From positions 3,008,001 to 3,072,000 of the forward strand of contig OY820579.1 in NCBI GenBank assembly GCA_963681965.1: 64,000 nt of DNA, written 5' to 3'. Shown here piece by piece: positions 48,717 to 57,319 of this stretch. The DNA is from a bacterium. Lineage in GTDB: Bacteria > Electryoneota > JAOADG01. The stretch's first letter is position 1, and each line of letters begins with the position of its first letter. The position numbers and the translations under genes were made by a program. The notes beneath the pieces were generated by a model. The model did no database searches. It was not told where the DNA came from and saw only the letters and a list, made by a program, of their open reading frames with translations.

Positions 48717-51203
48717 TTACCGGATTACGACATTCACCAATTTATCCGGTACGACAACCTCTTTTACGATCGTATAACCGTGCGTGTATTTCAGATATGC
48801 TTCGTCATTGTGAAGAATATCTAACACTGCTTCGTTCTTCAAGCCACGTGCCATGGTAACATGACCTCGGACTTTTCCATTCACCTGCATCACATACGCA
48901 ACAGTATCTTCAACCAACCATTTGGGATCGGCTACCGGGAATGCTGCATCAAACAGATTACCGCTCTCCCCCAACCGTTCCCACGCTTCACAGAACAGAT
49001 GCGGAGCCAGCGGCGCGGCTGCTTTAACAATCCGCTTTACCGCGTGATTGAATGCAATTGTATCGATTTCACCGACATCCCACGCGTAGAATTCATTCAC
49101 GCAAGTCATCAGCGCCGCAATCGCGGTATTGAATTTGAATTGCCCGACACCACGTTCTACCGCGTAGGCGAGGTGATTCAACGCGCGTTCAATCTTTTCC
49201 GGGATAACACTATCGCCACCCGTTGCATTTTCTGCCCGTAACACCAAGCGCCAGATACGATTGACAGCACGTTCAATACCGGTGATTCCACCGTCGTTCC
49301 AGTCGCCACCGATCGCATAGTCGCCCATGAACATCAGGTACATCCGGAAGACATCGGAGCCGTATTGTTCGATGAATGGTTCCGGATTCACTACGTTGCC
49401 ACGCGATTTCGACATCCGAGCACCATTATGGGTGATAACGCCCTGATGAACCATCTTCTTGAAGGGTTCCTTGAATGAAATCAAACCCGCCTTCTCGAAC
49501 GCATGACAGATAAACCGCGCATAGAGCAAATGCCCGTAAGTATGCTCGGTACCACCGACATAAGTATCGACCGGTAACATTTTATTCACGATCTCGCGAT
49601 CGAATGGTTGTGTATCATCCTGAGCACAAGGAAACCGCAGGAAGTACCACGAGGAACAGACAAACGTGTCCATCGTATCGGGATCGCGATTCGCCGGTTG
49701 TCCGCATTTCGGACAAGTGGTATGAATAAACGAGTCGATTGCTTCCAGTGGCGACTTACCCACCGGACGATATTCTTTCACTTCACTTGGCAGTACCACC
49801 GGCAGTTGACTTTCGGGTACCGGTACGACACCGCAATCGGGACAATGGATCATGGGGATCGGCGCTCCCCAATACCGCTGTCGGGATACCGACCAGTCGC
49901 GCAGTCGGTAAGTGATTTTCTTGTTTCCCTTGCCGATCTTCTCCAATCGGTCGACGATGACTTTCCCGGCAGTTTCCGATGGTGTACCGGTTAAATCGTC
50001 GCCGGAATTCACCATGAAGCCCGGTTCGGTATACGCGACTTCCATCGCGATCGGATCGAGTTTCGTCTCTTTCGGTTGAATAACCACTTTGATCGGCAGA
50101 TCGAATTTACAGGCAAATTCAAAATCGCGTTGGTCATGCGCCGGAACCGCCATCACCACACCAGTACCGTAGCTCTCCAGCACATAATCGGCAATCCAGA
50201 TCGGTATTTGCGTGCCCGTTAAGGGATGCGTGCAATAAGCTCCGGTGAACACACCGGTTTTCTCGCGATCGGTCGCCATCCGATCAATCTCAGTCGCACG
50301 CAACGTCTGACTGATATACTCTTTCACCGCGCCACGTTGCCCTGCTACAGTAATTGTATCGACCAGACTATGTTCCGGTGCCAACACCACATAAGTCACG
50401 CCATAGAGCGTATCGGGACGCGTAGTAAAGACTTCCAGATCGCCAGAGCCATCCGACATCGGGAATTTGATCGATGCACCCTCGGATTTTCCAATCCAAT
50501 ACTTCTGCGACGATTTGGTTTTCTCCGGCCAATCGATACCGCCTTGATCCACCGGTCGATCCAATTCTTCCAACAGACTTTCCGCGAAATCGGTGATCTT
50601 GAAAAACCATTGCGCCAGCTTGCGTCGTTCCACCGCGGTGCCGCAGCGTTCGCAATTACCTCCAACCACCTGCTCATTGGCTAACACGGTTTGATCTTTC
50701 GGACACCAATTCACCGGAGCCGTTTTATAATCGACCAAGCCCTGTTTGTAAAGCTGCAGGAACACCCACTGCGTCCACTTGTAATATTCCGGAGTCGATG
50801 TATTGACTTCGTAATTCCAGTCGTACATCGTACCCATCCGACGCAATTGACCACGGATGAAATCGACATTCGATTTGGTCGAATCGGCGGGATGTACGTT
50901 GTGCTTGATCGCGAAGTTTTCGGCAGGTAATCCGAAGGCATCGAAACCCATCGGTTCAAACACATTGTACCCTCGCATCCGCTGCAACCGTGCAAAAGTG
51001 TCAGTGGGACCGTAATTCCACCAATGACCGATATGTAGTTTGTCGCCACTCGGATAAATAAACATGCAGAGAATGTACTTTTTCTCGCGATCGGATCGAT
51101 TCAAATCGACCTTGTGGTCGCCGCGAGTATCCCACTTGCTGCGCCATTTCTCTTCAATCTCACGAAATGGATAGATCTGAGTGTGGAAATTGTCTTCCGC
51201 CAT
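48717..51203 (-). CDS. leuS: Leucyl-tRNA synthetase
   Basis: MFIYPSG..LHIGH, DAFGLPAEN, FTTRPDT, YGTG.VMAVPAHDQRD, RMSKSRGN, QVNGKVR. Confidence 0.98.
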   Translation of the reverse strand: MAEDNFHTQIYPFREIEEKWRSKWDTRGDHKVDLNRSDREKKYILCMFIYPSGDKLHIGHWWNYGPTDTFARLQRMRGYNVFEPMGFDAFGLPAENFAIKHNVHPADSTKSNVDFIRGQLRRMGTMYDWNYEVNTSTPEYYKWTQWVFLQLYKQGLVDYKTAPVNWCPKDQTVLANEQVVGGNCERCGTAVERRKLAQWFFKITDFAESLLEELDRPVDQGGIDWPEKTKSSQKYWIGKSEGASIKFPMSDGSGDLEVFTTRPDTLYGVTYVVLAPEHSLVDTITVAGQRGAVKEYISQTLRATEIDRMATDREKTGVFTGAYCTHPLTGTQIPIWIADYVLESYGTGVVMAVPAHDQRDFEFACKFDLPIKVVIQPKETKLDPIAMEVAYTEPGFMVNSGDDLTGTPSETAGKVIVDRLEKIGKGNKKITYRLRDWSVSRQRYWGAPIPMIHCPDCGVVPVPESQLPVVLPSEVKEYRPVGKSPLEAIDSFIHTTCPKCGQPANRDPDTMDTFVCSSWYFLRFPCAQDDTQPFDREIVNKMLPVDTYVGGTEHTYGHLLYARFICHAFEKAGLISFKEPFKKMVHQGVITHNGARMSKSRGNVVNPEPFIEQYGSDVFRMYLMFMGDYAIGGDWNDGGITGIERAVNRIWRLVLRAENATGGDSVIPEKIERALNHLAYAVERGVGQFKFNTAIAALMTCVNEFYAWDVGEIDTIAFNHAVKRIVKAAAPLAPHLFCEAWERLGESGNLFDAAFPVADPKWLVEDTVAYVMQVNGKVRGHVTMARGLKNEAVLDILHNDEAYLKYTHGYTIVKEVVVPDKLVNVVIR

Positions 51204-51231
51204 GGCTCTGCTCCTCGGTTGTGTAATACAT

Positions 51232-51274
51232 AAAAAAAGGGGCGTACAAACGCCCCTAAAATACTCTCAGGGCG
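51232..51274 (-). promoter_or_regulatory. Attenuator of leuS: intrinsic terminator with overlapping antiterminator
   Basis: Terminator AGGGGCGU-UUGU-ACGCCCCU plus U-run ~30 nt before the leuS ATG; upstream CGCCCUGA can pair with its 5' arm UUAGGGGCG. Confidence 0.75.
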
Positions 51275-51281
51275 CAATCGA

Positions 51282-51389
51282 TCAGCACAATAGAAGCGAG
51301 CGGACAACATTCATTTGAATGGTCCGAACGAACATTGGGAATTGCATTTGTGCTGATTTCTTCAAAATTGGTCTGCTTTCGTTATTCAT
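51282..51389 (-). CDS. Putative leuS leader peptide (...MNVVRSLLLC*)
   Basis: 35-aa ORF (in-frame ATG at 51314 gives 10 aa) with CTT-CTA-TTG one codon before the stop, immediately upstream of the antiterminator. Confidence 0.65.
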   Translation of the reverse strand: MNNESRPILKKSAQMQFPMFVRTIQMNVVRSLLLC

Positions 51390-51411
51390 CGATGTATATA
51401 TAATACGAAAC

Positions 51412-51440
51412 AAAAATGCCGCCCGGAACGGGCGGCGTTT
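51412..51440 (-). terminator. Terminator after tRNA-Pro
   Basis: GCCGCCCG-GAA-CGGGCGGC with a U-run on the minus strand. Confidence 0.75.
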
Positions 51441-51446
51441 CTTGTG

Positions 51447-51520
51447 TCGGGGAGACTGGATTTGAACCAGCGACCCCTTGGTCCCGAACCAAGTGCGCTA
51501 CCGGGCTGCGCTACTCCCCG
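51447..51520 (-). tRNA. tRNA-Pro (anticodon CGG)
   Basis: CGGGGAGTAGCGCAGCCCGGTAGCGCACTTGGTTCGGGACCAAGGGGTCGCTGGTTCAAATCCAGTCTCCCCGA; CCA not encoded. Confidence 0.96.
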
Positions 51521-51532
51521 TGTTTTCGTTAC

Positions 51533-52243
51533 TTACCGATATTTACCGGATAACTTTCGAAAAACCTCTACTCCAATCATTCGCAAGAACCGGATTGTGT
51601 CCGGAATGCGGTGGATTGAACTGTCGGAATGCAAATATATAGTAGGGATTGGTACAAATGCAAGCCGCCATTTTTTCCAAACTCCCTGCAAGATCAATTG
51701 CGGTTCAAAATCAAATCGATTCCCGTCAACATGCAGCTCCGACCAGCGTGAAAGCCGCATCCAGCGAAATCCGCATTGCACATCGTGCAATTTACGAAAG
51801 GCGATACATTCCATGACAAAAGTACTTAACCGATTGGAACAGCGACGATCCCACGGCATCCCGGTCATATCGCTTAATCGATCCCCGACTACCAAATCGG
51901 CACGGCTCTGTTCGGCTAGCGCGATAAATCGCGGAATGAATTCCGGAGGATGCTGTCCATCGGCATCCAGTGTGATCACTGCGTCAAATCCATCTGCTAT
52001 CAACCGCTCGAAACCGAGTCGAAGCGCTGCCCCTTTGCCTTGATTGATCGGCAATCGTAAAATCAGATCCGTATCGGGCAAATCGACCACCACATCATCA
52101 GGAACGCCATCCAGCACCACATAGATTGATAGATCGGGAATCGTGCGCTTGATCTCTGCACATAGCTGATGCAATCGATCATCGACAGAGACGGTCGGTA
52201 TCAGTACCGCTGTGCGGAAAGTGGGTGTCGGAGTATTCGTCAG
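51533..52243 (-). CDS. GT2 family glycosyltransferase (DPM1-like)
   Basis: VVLDG, NQGKGAAL..G, TLDADGQH, VVGDR, DVQCGFR. Frame extends upstream of the TTG at 52174 to include the AVLIP first strand; CTG start proposed at 52243. Confidence 0.85.
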   Translation of the reverse strand: MTNTPTPTFRTAVLIPTVSVDDRLHQLCAEIKRTIPDLSIYVVLDGVPDDVVVDLPDTDLILRLPINQGKGAALRLGFERLIADGFDAVITLDADGQHPPEFIPRFIALAEQSRADLVVGDRLSDMTGMPWDRRCSNRLSTFVMECIAFRKLHDVQCGFRWMRLSRWSELHVDGNRFDFEPQLILQGVWKKWRLAFVPIPTIYLHSDSSIHRIPDTIRFLRMIGVEVFRKLSGKYR

Positions 52244-52271
52244 ATGGTTCCTATCGTTTACCGATTAGACC

Positions 52272-52293
52272 GTAGGGGCGAATCGCATTCGCC
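52272..52293 (+). repeat. GTAG-REP palindrome (left arm of an inverted pair)
   Basis: GTAG-GGGCGAATCGCATTCGCC, exact reverse complement of 53070-53091. Confidence 0.85.
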
Positions 52294-52325
52294 TTCATAA
52301 AAGATCAAGATTCAAGATAAAGAAT

Positions 52326-52363
52326 AGATCGCCACACTACGCTTCGCTTCGTTCGCGACGACA
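52326..52363 (-). repeat. YGTC-tagged palindromic repeat
   Basis: Minus strand TGTCGTCGCGAACGAAGCGAAGCGTAGTGTGGCGATCT, resembling the GTCATTGCGAG..GAAGC..GTGGCAATCT repeat class. Confidence 0.55.
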
Positions 52364-52390
52364 TATAACGAAACTAAGAAGGACCAAGCA

Positions 52391-53005
52391 CTACTCCCCA
52401 ACAACCGCGACAACCCGACAGGGTGATCCATCCAATTGATCGTAATTCAACGGTAAAGCAAACATAGTGAATTTCCGCGAGGGTAGTAAATCCAGATTCA
52501 CTAAGTGCTCAAGAATTAAGATATCATGTTGAAATAATGCTTTGTGTACTAAATAGGGTAATTGATCCGGAGATGGAGAGTCGATTCCGATCATTTTAAT
52601 TTTCTTCGCGACCAATTTCTCAACCAGTGGTAACCCGATTACCGGGATACTGTCGAAATAATCTTCGGTTCCAACACGTTTGGTGTGATCGGTACGAAAA
52701 ATTGCAAAATCGCCCGCTTCCAATTCATCGACATTCGCATCAATGATCTTCTGACCGCGAACATCGAATAAAATCGCTCGTCCGATAAATTGATCGATCG
52801 AATATTCGGACAGTTTTTTCCCATCCTCCCGAAAATGCCATGGCGCATCGATGTGCGTTCCGAAGTGCGTACTGGTTCTTACTTCATGTTCGTTCCAACC
52901 CTCGACATCGCAACGTGCAACCCGCTTGAATTCCGGCTGTGCCGTTCCGGGGTAAATCGGGGTCACTTCATTCAAAGTCATCGAGAGATCGATATACATC
53001 ATCAC
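52391..53005 (-). CDS. Cyclase family metal-dependent hydrolase (KynB-like)
   Basis: IDLS, THFGTHIDAPWHF (HxGTHxDxPxH), IGIDSPS, H..L, ILEHLVNL, DGSPCRVVA. Confidence 0.93.
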   Translation of the reverse strand: MMMYIDLSMTLNEVTPIYPGTAQPEFKRVARCDVEGWNEHEVRTSTHFGTHIDAPWHFREDGKKLSEYSIDQFIGRAILFDVRGQKIIDANVDELEAGDFAIFRTDHTKRVGTEDYFDSIPVIGLPLVEKLVAKKIKMIGIDSPSPDQLPYLVHKALFQHDILILEHLVNLDLLPSRKFTMFALPLNYDQLDGSPCRVVAVVGE

Positions 53006-53048
53006 AATATCCTATCCTGAATTATTTCATCCACGTAAAAAATATACT

Positions 53049-53091
53049 GTCAGGTTTCACCCGACTGAGGGCGAATGCGATTCGCCCCTAC
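53049..53091 (-). repeat. GTAG-REP palindrome (right arm, 53070-53091) plus adjacent degenerate GTCAGG..CCCGAC palindrome
   Basis: Reverse complement identical to 52272-52293; GTCAGGTTTCACCCGAC resembles GTCAGGCTTCAGCCTGAC at 17099. Confidence 0.85.
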
Positions 53092-53128
53092 AAAAAATAA
53101 TACGGCGCAGACAACATGCCTGCGCCGT
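53092..53128 (-). terminator. Terminator after rplI
   Basis: ACGGCGCAG..CTGCGCCGT with an A/T-rich tail. Confidence 0.65.
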
Positions 53129-53149
53129 TTAATAAAGATCGATCGAAGA

Positions 53150-53680
53150 TTATTCGCGGAATTGTTCCGGAATTTCCTCTTCCAGCGCAACCGGTTCTTC
53201 GGCAACGACTGCTTCCGGTTCCGATTGTTCGACGATAGCCTTTACATGGACATGGACCGATGCAGCGACTTCGGAATGAAGCTTCAATTGAACGACATGT
53301 TCGCCAATGGCTTTAATCGGTTCTTCCAGATCCAATTTACGACGGTCGACTTCGATATTCCGCTGTGCTAACATCGCCTGAGCGATATCCGACGACGTCA
53401 CAGCACCGAACATCTTGCCATCGATACCGATTCTCATCGGGATTTCGACTTCGATATGTCCCCATGCAGTCACGGCTTTCAACGCTTCCTTGCGCTGTTT
53501 TTCGCTGCGGATTTTCCAGCTACGGCGATACACATGTGCCAGTGTATTGCGGTTGCCCGGAGTATCGATCATCGCCATACCGCGCGGAATCAAGAAATTG
53601 CGGGCATATCCGTCTTTGACTTCCACTGAATCGCCCGGGACGCCCAGTCGATTCACATCTTGCTTTAATAATACTTTCAT
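53150..53680 (-). CDS. rplI: 50S ribosomal protein L9
   Basis: MKVLLKQDV..LG, VKDGYARNFLIPRG, GKMFGAVT. Confidence 0.97.
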   Translation of the reverse strand: MKVLLKQDVNRLGVPGDSVEVKDGYARNFLIPRGMAMIDTPGNRNTLAHVYRRSWKIRSEKQRKEALKAVTAWGHIEVEIPMRIGIDGKMFGAVTSSDIAQAMLAQRNIEVDRRKLDLEEPIKAIGEHVVQLKLHSEVAASVHVHVKAIVEQSEPEAVVAEEPVALEEEIPEQFRE

Positions 53681-53704
53681 ACTCGTTTCACCTCTGGGCT
53701 TGCG

Positions 53705-53938
53705 TTAGCGCGGGTTATCCGACACAAAAGGCAGTAAGCCCATGTGACGCGCTCGTTTGATGGCGATAATCAATTGTCGCTGGTGCCATGCGGTCGAACC
53801 ATTAACGCGACGAGGAATGATCTTGCCTTCTTCCGTAATGTACCGTTGCAGCATCTTCTCGTCTTTGTAGTCGATATAGAAAATGCCTGCTTCGGTGAAA
53901 CGGCACGGTTTCTTCTTGAATGACATCGATTTCTTCAT
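53705..53938 (-). CDS. rpsR: 30S ribosomal protein S18
   Basis: IDYKD, GKIIPRR, QRQL..AIKRAR. Confidence 0.97.
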   Translation of the reverse strand: MKKSMSFKKKPCRFTEAGIFYIDYKDEKMLQRYITEEGKIIPRRVNGSTAWHQRQLIIAIKRARHMGLLPFVSDNPR

Positions 53939-53979
53939 TGCTCACCTTAGCTAGGATCCACTCTCCCGCGGATCTCGGG

Positions 53980-54393
53980 TTACAGATCGTTCGGGTAATC
54001 GGAATTGTGACCGTAACTCGGTTCATCCGATTCCAGAATCGTCACTTCTTTCTTATTCAAAAATTGTATTCGGCGTGCTTTGATTTCGACAACTGTACGA
54101 ATCGAACCGTCGTCGCCGCGTAAATTGCGACTTTGAAGTTCGCCTTCGACCAGTACTGCCGATCCTTTAACCAAATTCGCCGAGCAGTCTTCCGCCAACT
54201 TGTACCAGGCAACAATACCGATAAAGCAGACGTCTTCCTTCCATTGACCCGTATTGTCCCGGAACTTACGATTGGAAGCAATTATAAAATTCGAAACCGG
54301 CGTACCCGTAGTCGTGTGGCGGATCGTCGGATCTTTGATCAGATTCCCGGCGATAAGCACCGTATTTACGTCGGGCATACGCAATTCGGACAT
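53980..54393 (-). CDS. ssb: Single-stranded DNA-binding protein
   Basis: NTVLIAGNL.KDP, KGSAVLVEGELQSR; located between rpsF and rpsR. Confidence 0.95.
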   Translation of the reverse strand: MSELRMPDVNTVLIAGNLIKDPTIRHTTTGTPVSNFIIASNRKFRDNTGQWKEDVCFIGIVAWYKLAEDCSANLVKGSAVLVEGELQSRNLRGDDGSIRTVVEIKARRIQFLNKKEVTILESDEPSYGHNSDYPNDL

Positions 54394-54411
54394 GTAACTA
54401 TCGCTTTCCGT

Positions 54412-54864
54412 TTAATTACCCTCGACTGCGATTTTTTCCGCGATTGCTTCGGCTTCTTCTAAATTCTGCGGTCGATCCGGCGCATTTGCCGCATCCGCAC
54501 GAGCTGCTCGGTCTGAAACTTCAGTCGAAAGACGGGATCGAAGCGAATTCTGCTTGTCCATCAACTTGTCCATTCGCGGAGTGATGTAGAGCATCAAATG
54601 ACGAAGAACGCATTCGTTCAGTTTCAAAAGTTGTTCAACTTCTGCAACCGCGTTTGCCATCAGCATCATCGTGACTACAAAGTAAACACCGTGTGTGCGA
54701 CCTTTGATTTCGTATGCAAACCGACGCTTGCCCCAACGATTCCAATCGACAATTTCCGCGCCTTTGCTTTCCAACATCTGGCGGATTTTGTTCGCATTAT
54801 CCTCGATCTGCCCTTCGTCGAGAAGAGCGTCGATGGTAAACATCAACTCATATTTTCGCTTCAT
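54412..54864 (-). CDS. rpsF: 30S ribosomal protein S6
   Basis: RKYELMF, WGKRRFAYEIK, VLRHL. Confidence 0.95.
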   Translation of the reverse strand: MKRKYELMFTIDALLDEGQIEDNANKIRQMLESKGAEIVDWNRWGKRRFAYEIKGRTHGVYFVVTMMLMANAVAEVEQLLKLNECVLRHLMLYITPRMDKLMDKQNSLRSRLSTEVSDRAARADAANAPDRPQNLEEAEAIAEKIAVEGN

Positions 54865-54940
54865 TCGAAAGCCCCAAAAAAAGGATCAACAGATCGGTAA
54901 AGTCAATTCGTAGAAAATGCCGACCGGACAAACAATAAAC

Positions 54941-55537
54941 TTATAAAGACGAATCGCTATCGGTTTGAACTCGATTAAATTGATTCATCGCAACCACGAT
55001 ACCGGACTTAATGTAACATTCGACCGCTTGCACCGCACGATCGGAAATCTCGTCGATCGTTTTCCGCAGATCATCGGGTGGCGCCGAGAGCACCTTGTTG
55101 ACAAGATTACCGCTAACCCCATCCGCAGGACGAATACCCAGTCGAAGCCGGTTGAATACTTGCGTACCGAGACATTCAATTATCGATCGCACACCTTTGT
55201 GCCCACCATCGCTACCACTCCGCCGAATGCGAAGTGAACCGAGTTTTAAATCGTGGTCGTCGTAAATTACAAAGAGCTGTGATGGATCGCCGTTAAAAAA
55301 ATTTAAAACATCTGCAACAGCATGACCCGATAAATTCATGAAAGTGGTCGGTTTAACTAAAAGTACCGAAGAACCTTCCCACTCCCCTTTCGCGTAATGA
55401 TAGTCGCTTCGACCGGATCGAAAACTCAAAGCGGCGTTTCCTGCAAACCGATCGACGATCCAAAAACCCGCATTGTGCCAAGTATCGCGATATCGGTTTC
55501 CGGGGTTGCCTAAACCAACGATAATCGCAGTCGACAA
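54941..55537 (-). CDS. pth: Peptidyl-tRNA hydrolase
   Basis: IVGLGNPG, HNAGF, KPTTFMNLSG, GSDGGHKG. Confidence 0.96.
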   Translation of the reverse strand: MSTAIIVGLGNPGNRYRDTWHNAGFWIVDRFAGNAALSFRSGRSDYHYAKGEWEGSSVLLVKPTTFMNLSGHAVADVLNFFNGDPSQLFVIYDDHDLKLGSLRIRRSGSDGGHKGVRSIIECLGTQVFNRLRLGIRPADGVSGNLVNKVLSAPPDDLRKTIDEISDRAVQAVECYIKSGIVVAMNQFNRVQTDSDSSL

Positions 55538-55552
55538 CGGTAGTACGCTCTC

Positions 55553-56170
55553 TTATTCTTCCTTCTTACGTTCAGTGATCACTTCCGGAGCGGCAACTGT
55601 TTCAGTTGCAGGCTTTTCTTCCTGATGCTTGGCAGCATGAATAACGACAACGGTATCATCCGGATCGTCAATCAATCTTACACCAGCAGGCAAAGCAATC
55701 GAAGAAGCGTGAAGTTTTTCGTTCAGTTTCAGATTGGTGATATCGATTTCAATCTTGTCGGGAGCATCCAAAGGATTGGCTTCGATTTCGATGTGGTGCT
55801 TGATCTGTTCCAGCACTCCGCCATTCTTTACGCCTTCCGCAGTTCCTTTAATGTGAATCGGAAGGGACAATCGAATCAATTTTCCGGCTTCGACGATTTC
55901 GAGGTCGATGTGAACCAATGCTCCAGTCACCGGATGGCGCTGAAGGTCGCGAACGACGCAAGTTTTATCCAAACCGCCGATCAGTTTCAACATCGTCGGG
56001 TGTTTCAGCAGCGTAAACCGCAACTTATTCGCATCCATGGTGATGGGAGTCCCGCTACTACCTTTGTCACCATAAATAATACCGGGTACTTTTCCTGCGG
56101 CACGGGCGGTTCTTGCAGCCCCTTTGCCAATACCGTTTCGTAATTCGACTGCAATTTCCAAAACTGACAT
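55553..56170 (-). CDS. rplY: 50S ribosomal protein L25/Ctc
   Basis: GKGAAR..R..GKVPGIIYG, QRHPV...HIDL, GVKNGG.L. Confidence 0.95.
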   Translation of the reverse strand: MSVLEIAVELRNGIGKGAARTARAAGKVPGIIYGDKGSSGTPITMDANKLRFTLLKHPTMLKLIGGLDKTCVVRDLQRHPVTGALVHIDLEIVEAGKLIRLSLPIHIKGTAEGVKNGGVLEQIKHHIEIEANPLDAPDKIEIDITNLKLNEKLHASSIALPAGVRLIDDPDDTVVVIHAAKHQEEKPATETVAAPEVITERKKEE

Positions 56171-56267
56171 TTTACTTTCCTATCTCCCAACACCCGTGCC
56201 AGAAATTATTGTCTGCCAGGGAATGATTAGCGTGATCTCGATTAGATTTTCAAAAACCGGATCGGTA

Positions 56268-57215
56268 TTAAGATCTATTATAGTCGAACATCGAACTGAT
56301 CGATCGATCTTCATGTGTACAGAGTATCGCTTCGGCAAATTCACCGGCTACCGATGCTACGTGGACCCATTCCGGAATACCTTTCGGCAAATTCAGCGGT
56401 AATGTATCGGTCACGTGAAGCGCATCGATTTTAGAAGCTTCCAATCGATCGATTGCGTCGCCGGATAAAACCGCATGGGTACAAGCAACTTGAACGGAAT
56501 TGGCTCCGGCTCCGCGAATCGCCGTGATTGCCGCCGCCATTGTACCTGCTGTGTCGATAATGTCGTCGATTAGTACGACATTCTTGCCATTCACGTCGCC
56601 TAAAATATTCATCGCTTCGGCAACATTATGTGCAGCACGCCGCTTGTCGACGATCGCCAGATCGGCATCGAGACGTTTGGCATAAGCCCGGGCAATTTTC
56701 ATATTGCCCAAATCCGGAGAAACGATACACAAACGTTCAATCTTTTGCCGGCGGATGATATCGGTAAAAACCCGAGCCGCATACAAGTGATCGACCGGAA
56801 TGTTAAAGAACCCTTGAATCTGCGACGCATGCAAATCCATTGCCAAAACGCGATCGGCTCCTGCCGTGGAAATCAATTCGGCAATTAATCTTGCCGAAAT
56901 CGCTACACGCGGTTGATCTTTTCGATCTTGCCGGGCGTACCCAAAATACGGAACGACCGCAGTGATTCGGTCTGCCGAAGCCCGTTTTGCAGCATCGATC
57001 ATCAGCAACAATTCCAAAAGATGATCGGCTGGAGGATTAGTCGGTTGAACGATGAAGACATCGTTACCGCGAATATTCTCGGCGAATTTGACCCAAATTT
57101 CGCCATCAGCAAACCGCTTGATCTCGCATTCGCCTAGTCGTACACCTGCCAAAGTGGCAACTCGTCTGGCAAATTCGGGATTCGCAGTACCCGTGAATAT
57201 CTTCAGTTCCTGCAT
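56268..57215 (-). CDS. prs: Ribose-phosphate pyrophosphokinase
   Basis: FADGE, PYFGYARQDRK, DLHASQIQGFF, DDIIDTAGT. Confidence 0.98.
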   Translation of the reverse strand: MQELKIFTGTANPEFARRVATLAGVRLGECEIKRFADGEIWVKFAENIRGNDVFIVQPTNPPADHLLELLLMIDAAKRASADRITAVVPYFGYARQDRKDQPRVAISARLIAELISTAGADRVLAMDLHASQIQGFFNIPVDHLYAARVFTDIIRRQKIERLCIVSPDLGNMKIARAYAKRLDADLAIVDKRRAAHNVAEAMNILGDVNGKNVVLIDDIIDTAGTMAAAITAIRGAGANSVQVACTHAVLSGDAIDRLEASKIDALHVTDTLPLNLPKGIPEWVHVASVAGEFAEAILCTHEDRSISSMFDYNRS

Positions 57216-57240
57216 ATCGCCGTACTCGAGTGGTTATTTG

Positions 57241-57312
57241 CTGGGGCGGAGGGATTCGAACCCCCGGATGCGGGGACCAAAACCCCGTGCCTTACCACTT
57301 GGCGACACCCCA
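57241..57312 (-). tRNA. tRNA-Gln (anticodon TTG)
   Basis: TGGGGTGTCGCCAAGTGGTAAGGCACGGGGTTTTGGTCCCCGCATCCGGGGGTTCGAATCCCTCCGCCCCAG; CCA not encoded. Confidence 0.96.
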
Positions 57313-57319
57313 AAAAGCA

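Noticed and set aside
51204-51410. T-box riboswitch upstream of leuS
   Set aside because: No GGUGGNACCGCG T-box or stem-I motifs; a leader-peptide attenuator fits better
51444-52043. 199-aa plus-strand ORF and similar long antisense ORFs (e.g. 25549-26106, 55625-56143)
   Set aside because: Shadow ORFs opposite tRNA-Pro or well-supported genes
54865-54940. S6:S18 autoregulatory leader before rpsF
   Set aside because: Only a weak hairpin; the consensus cannot be confirmed by eye
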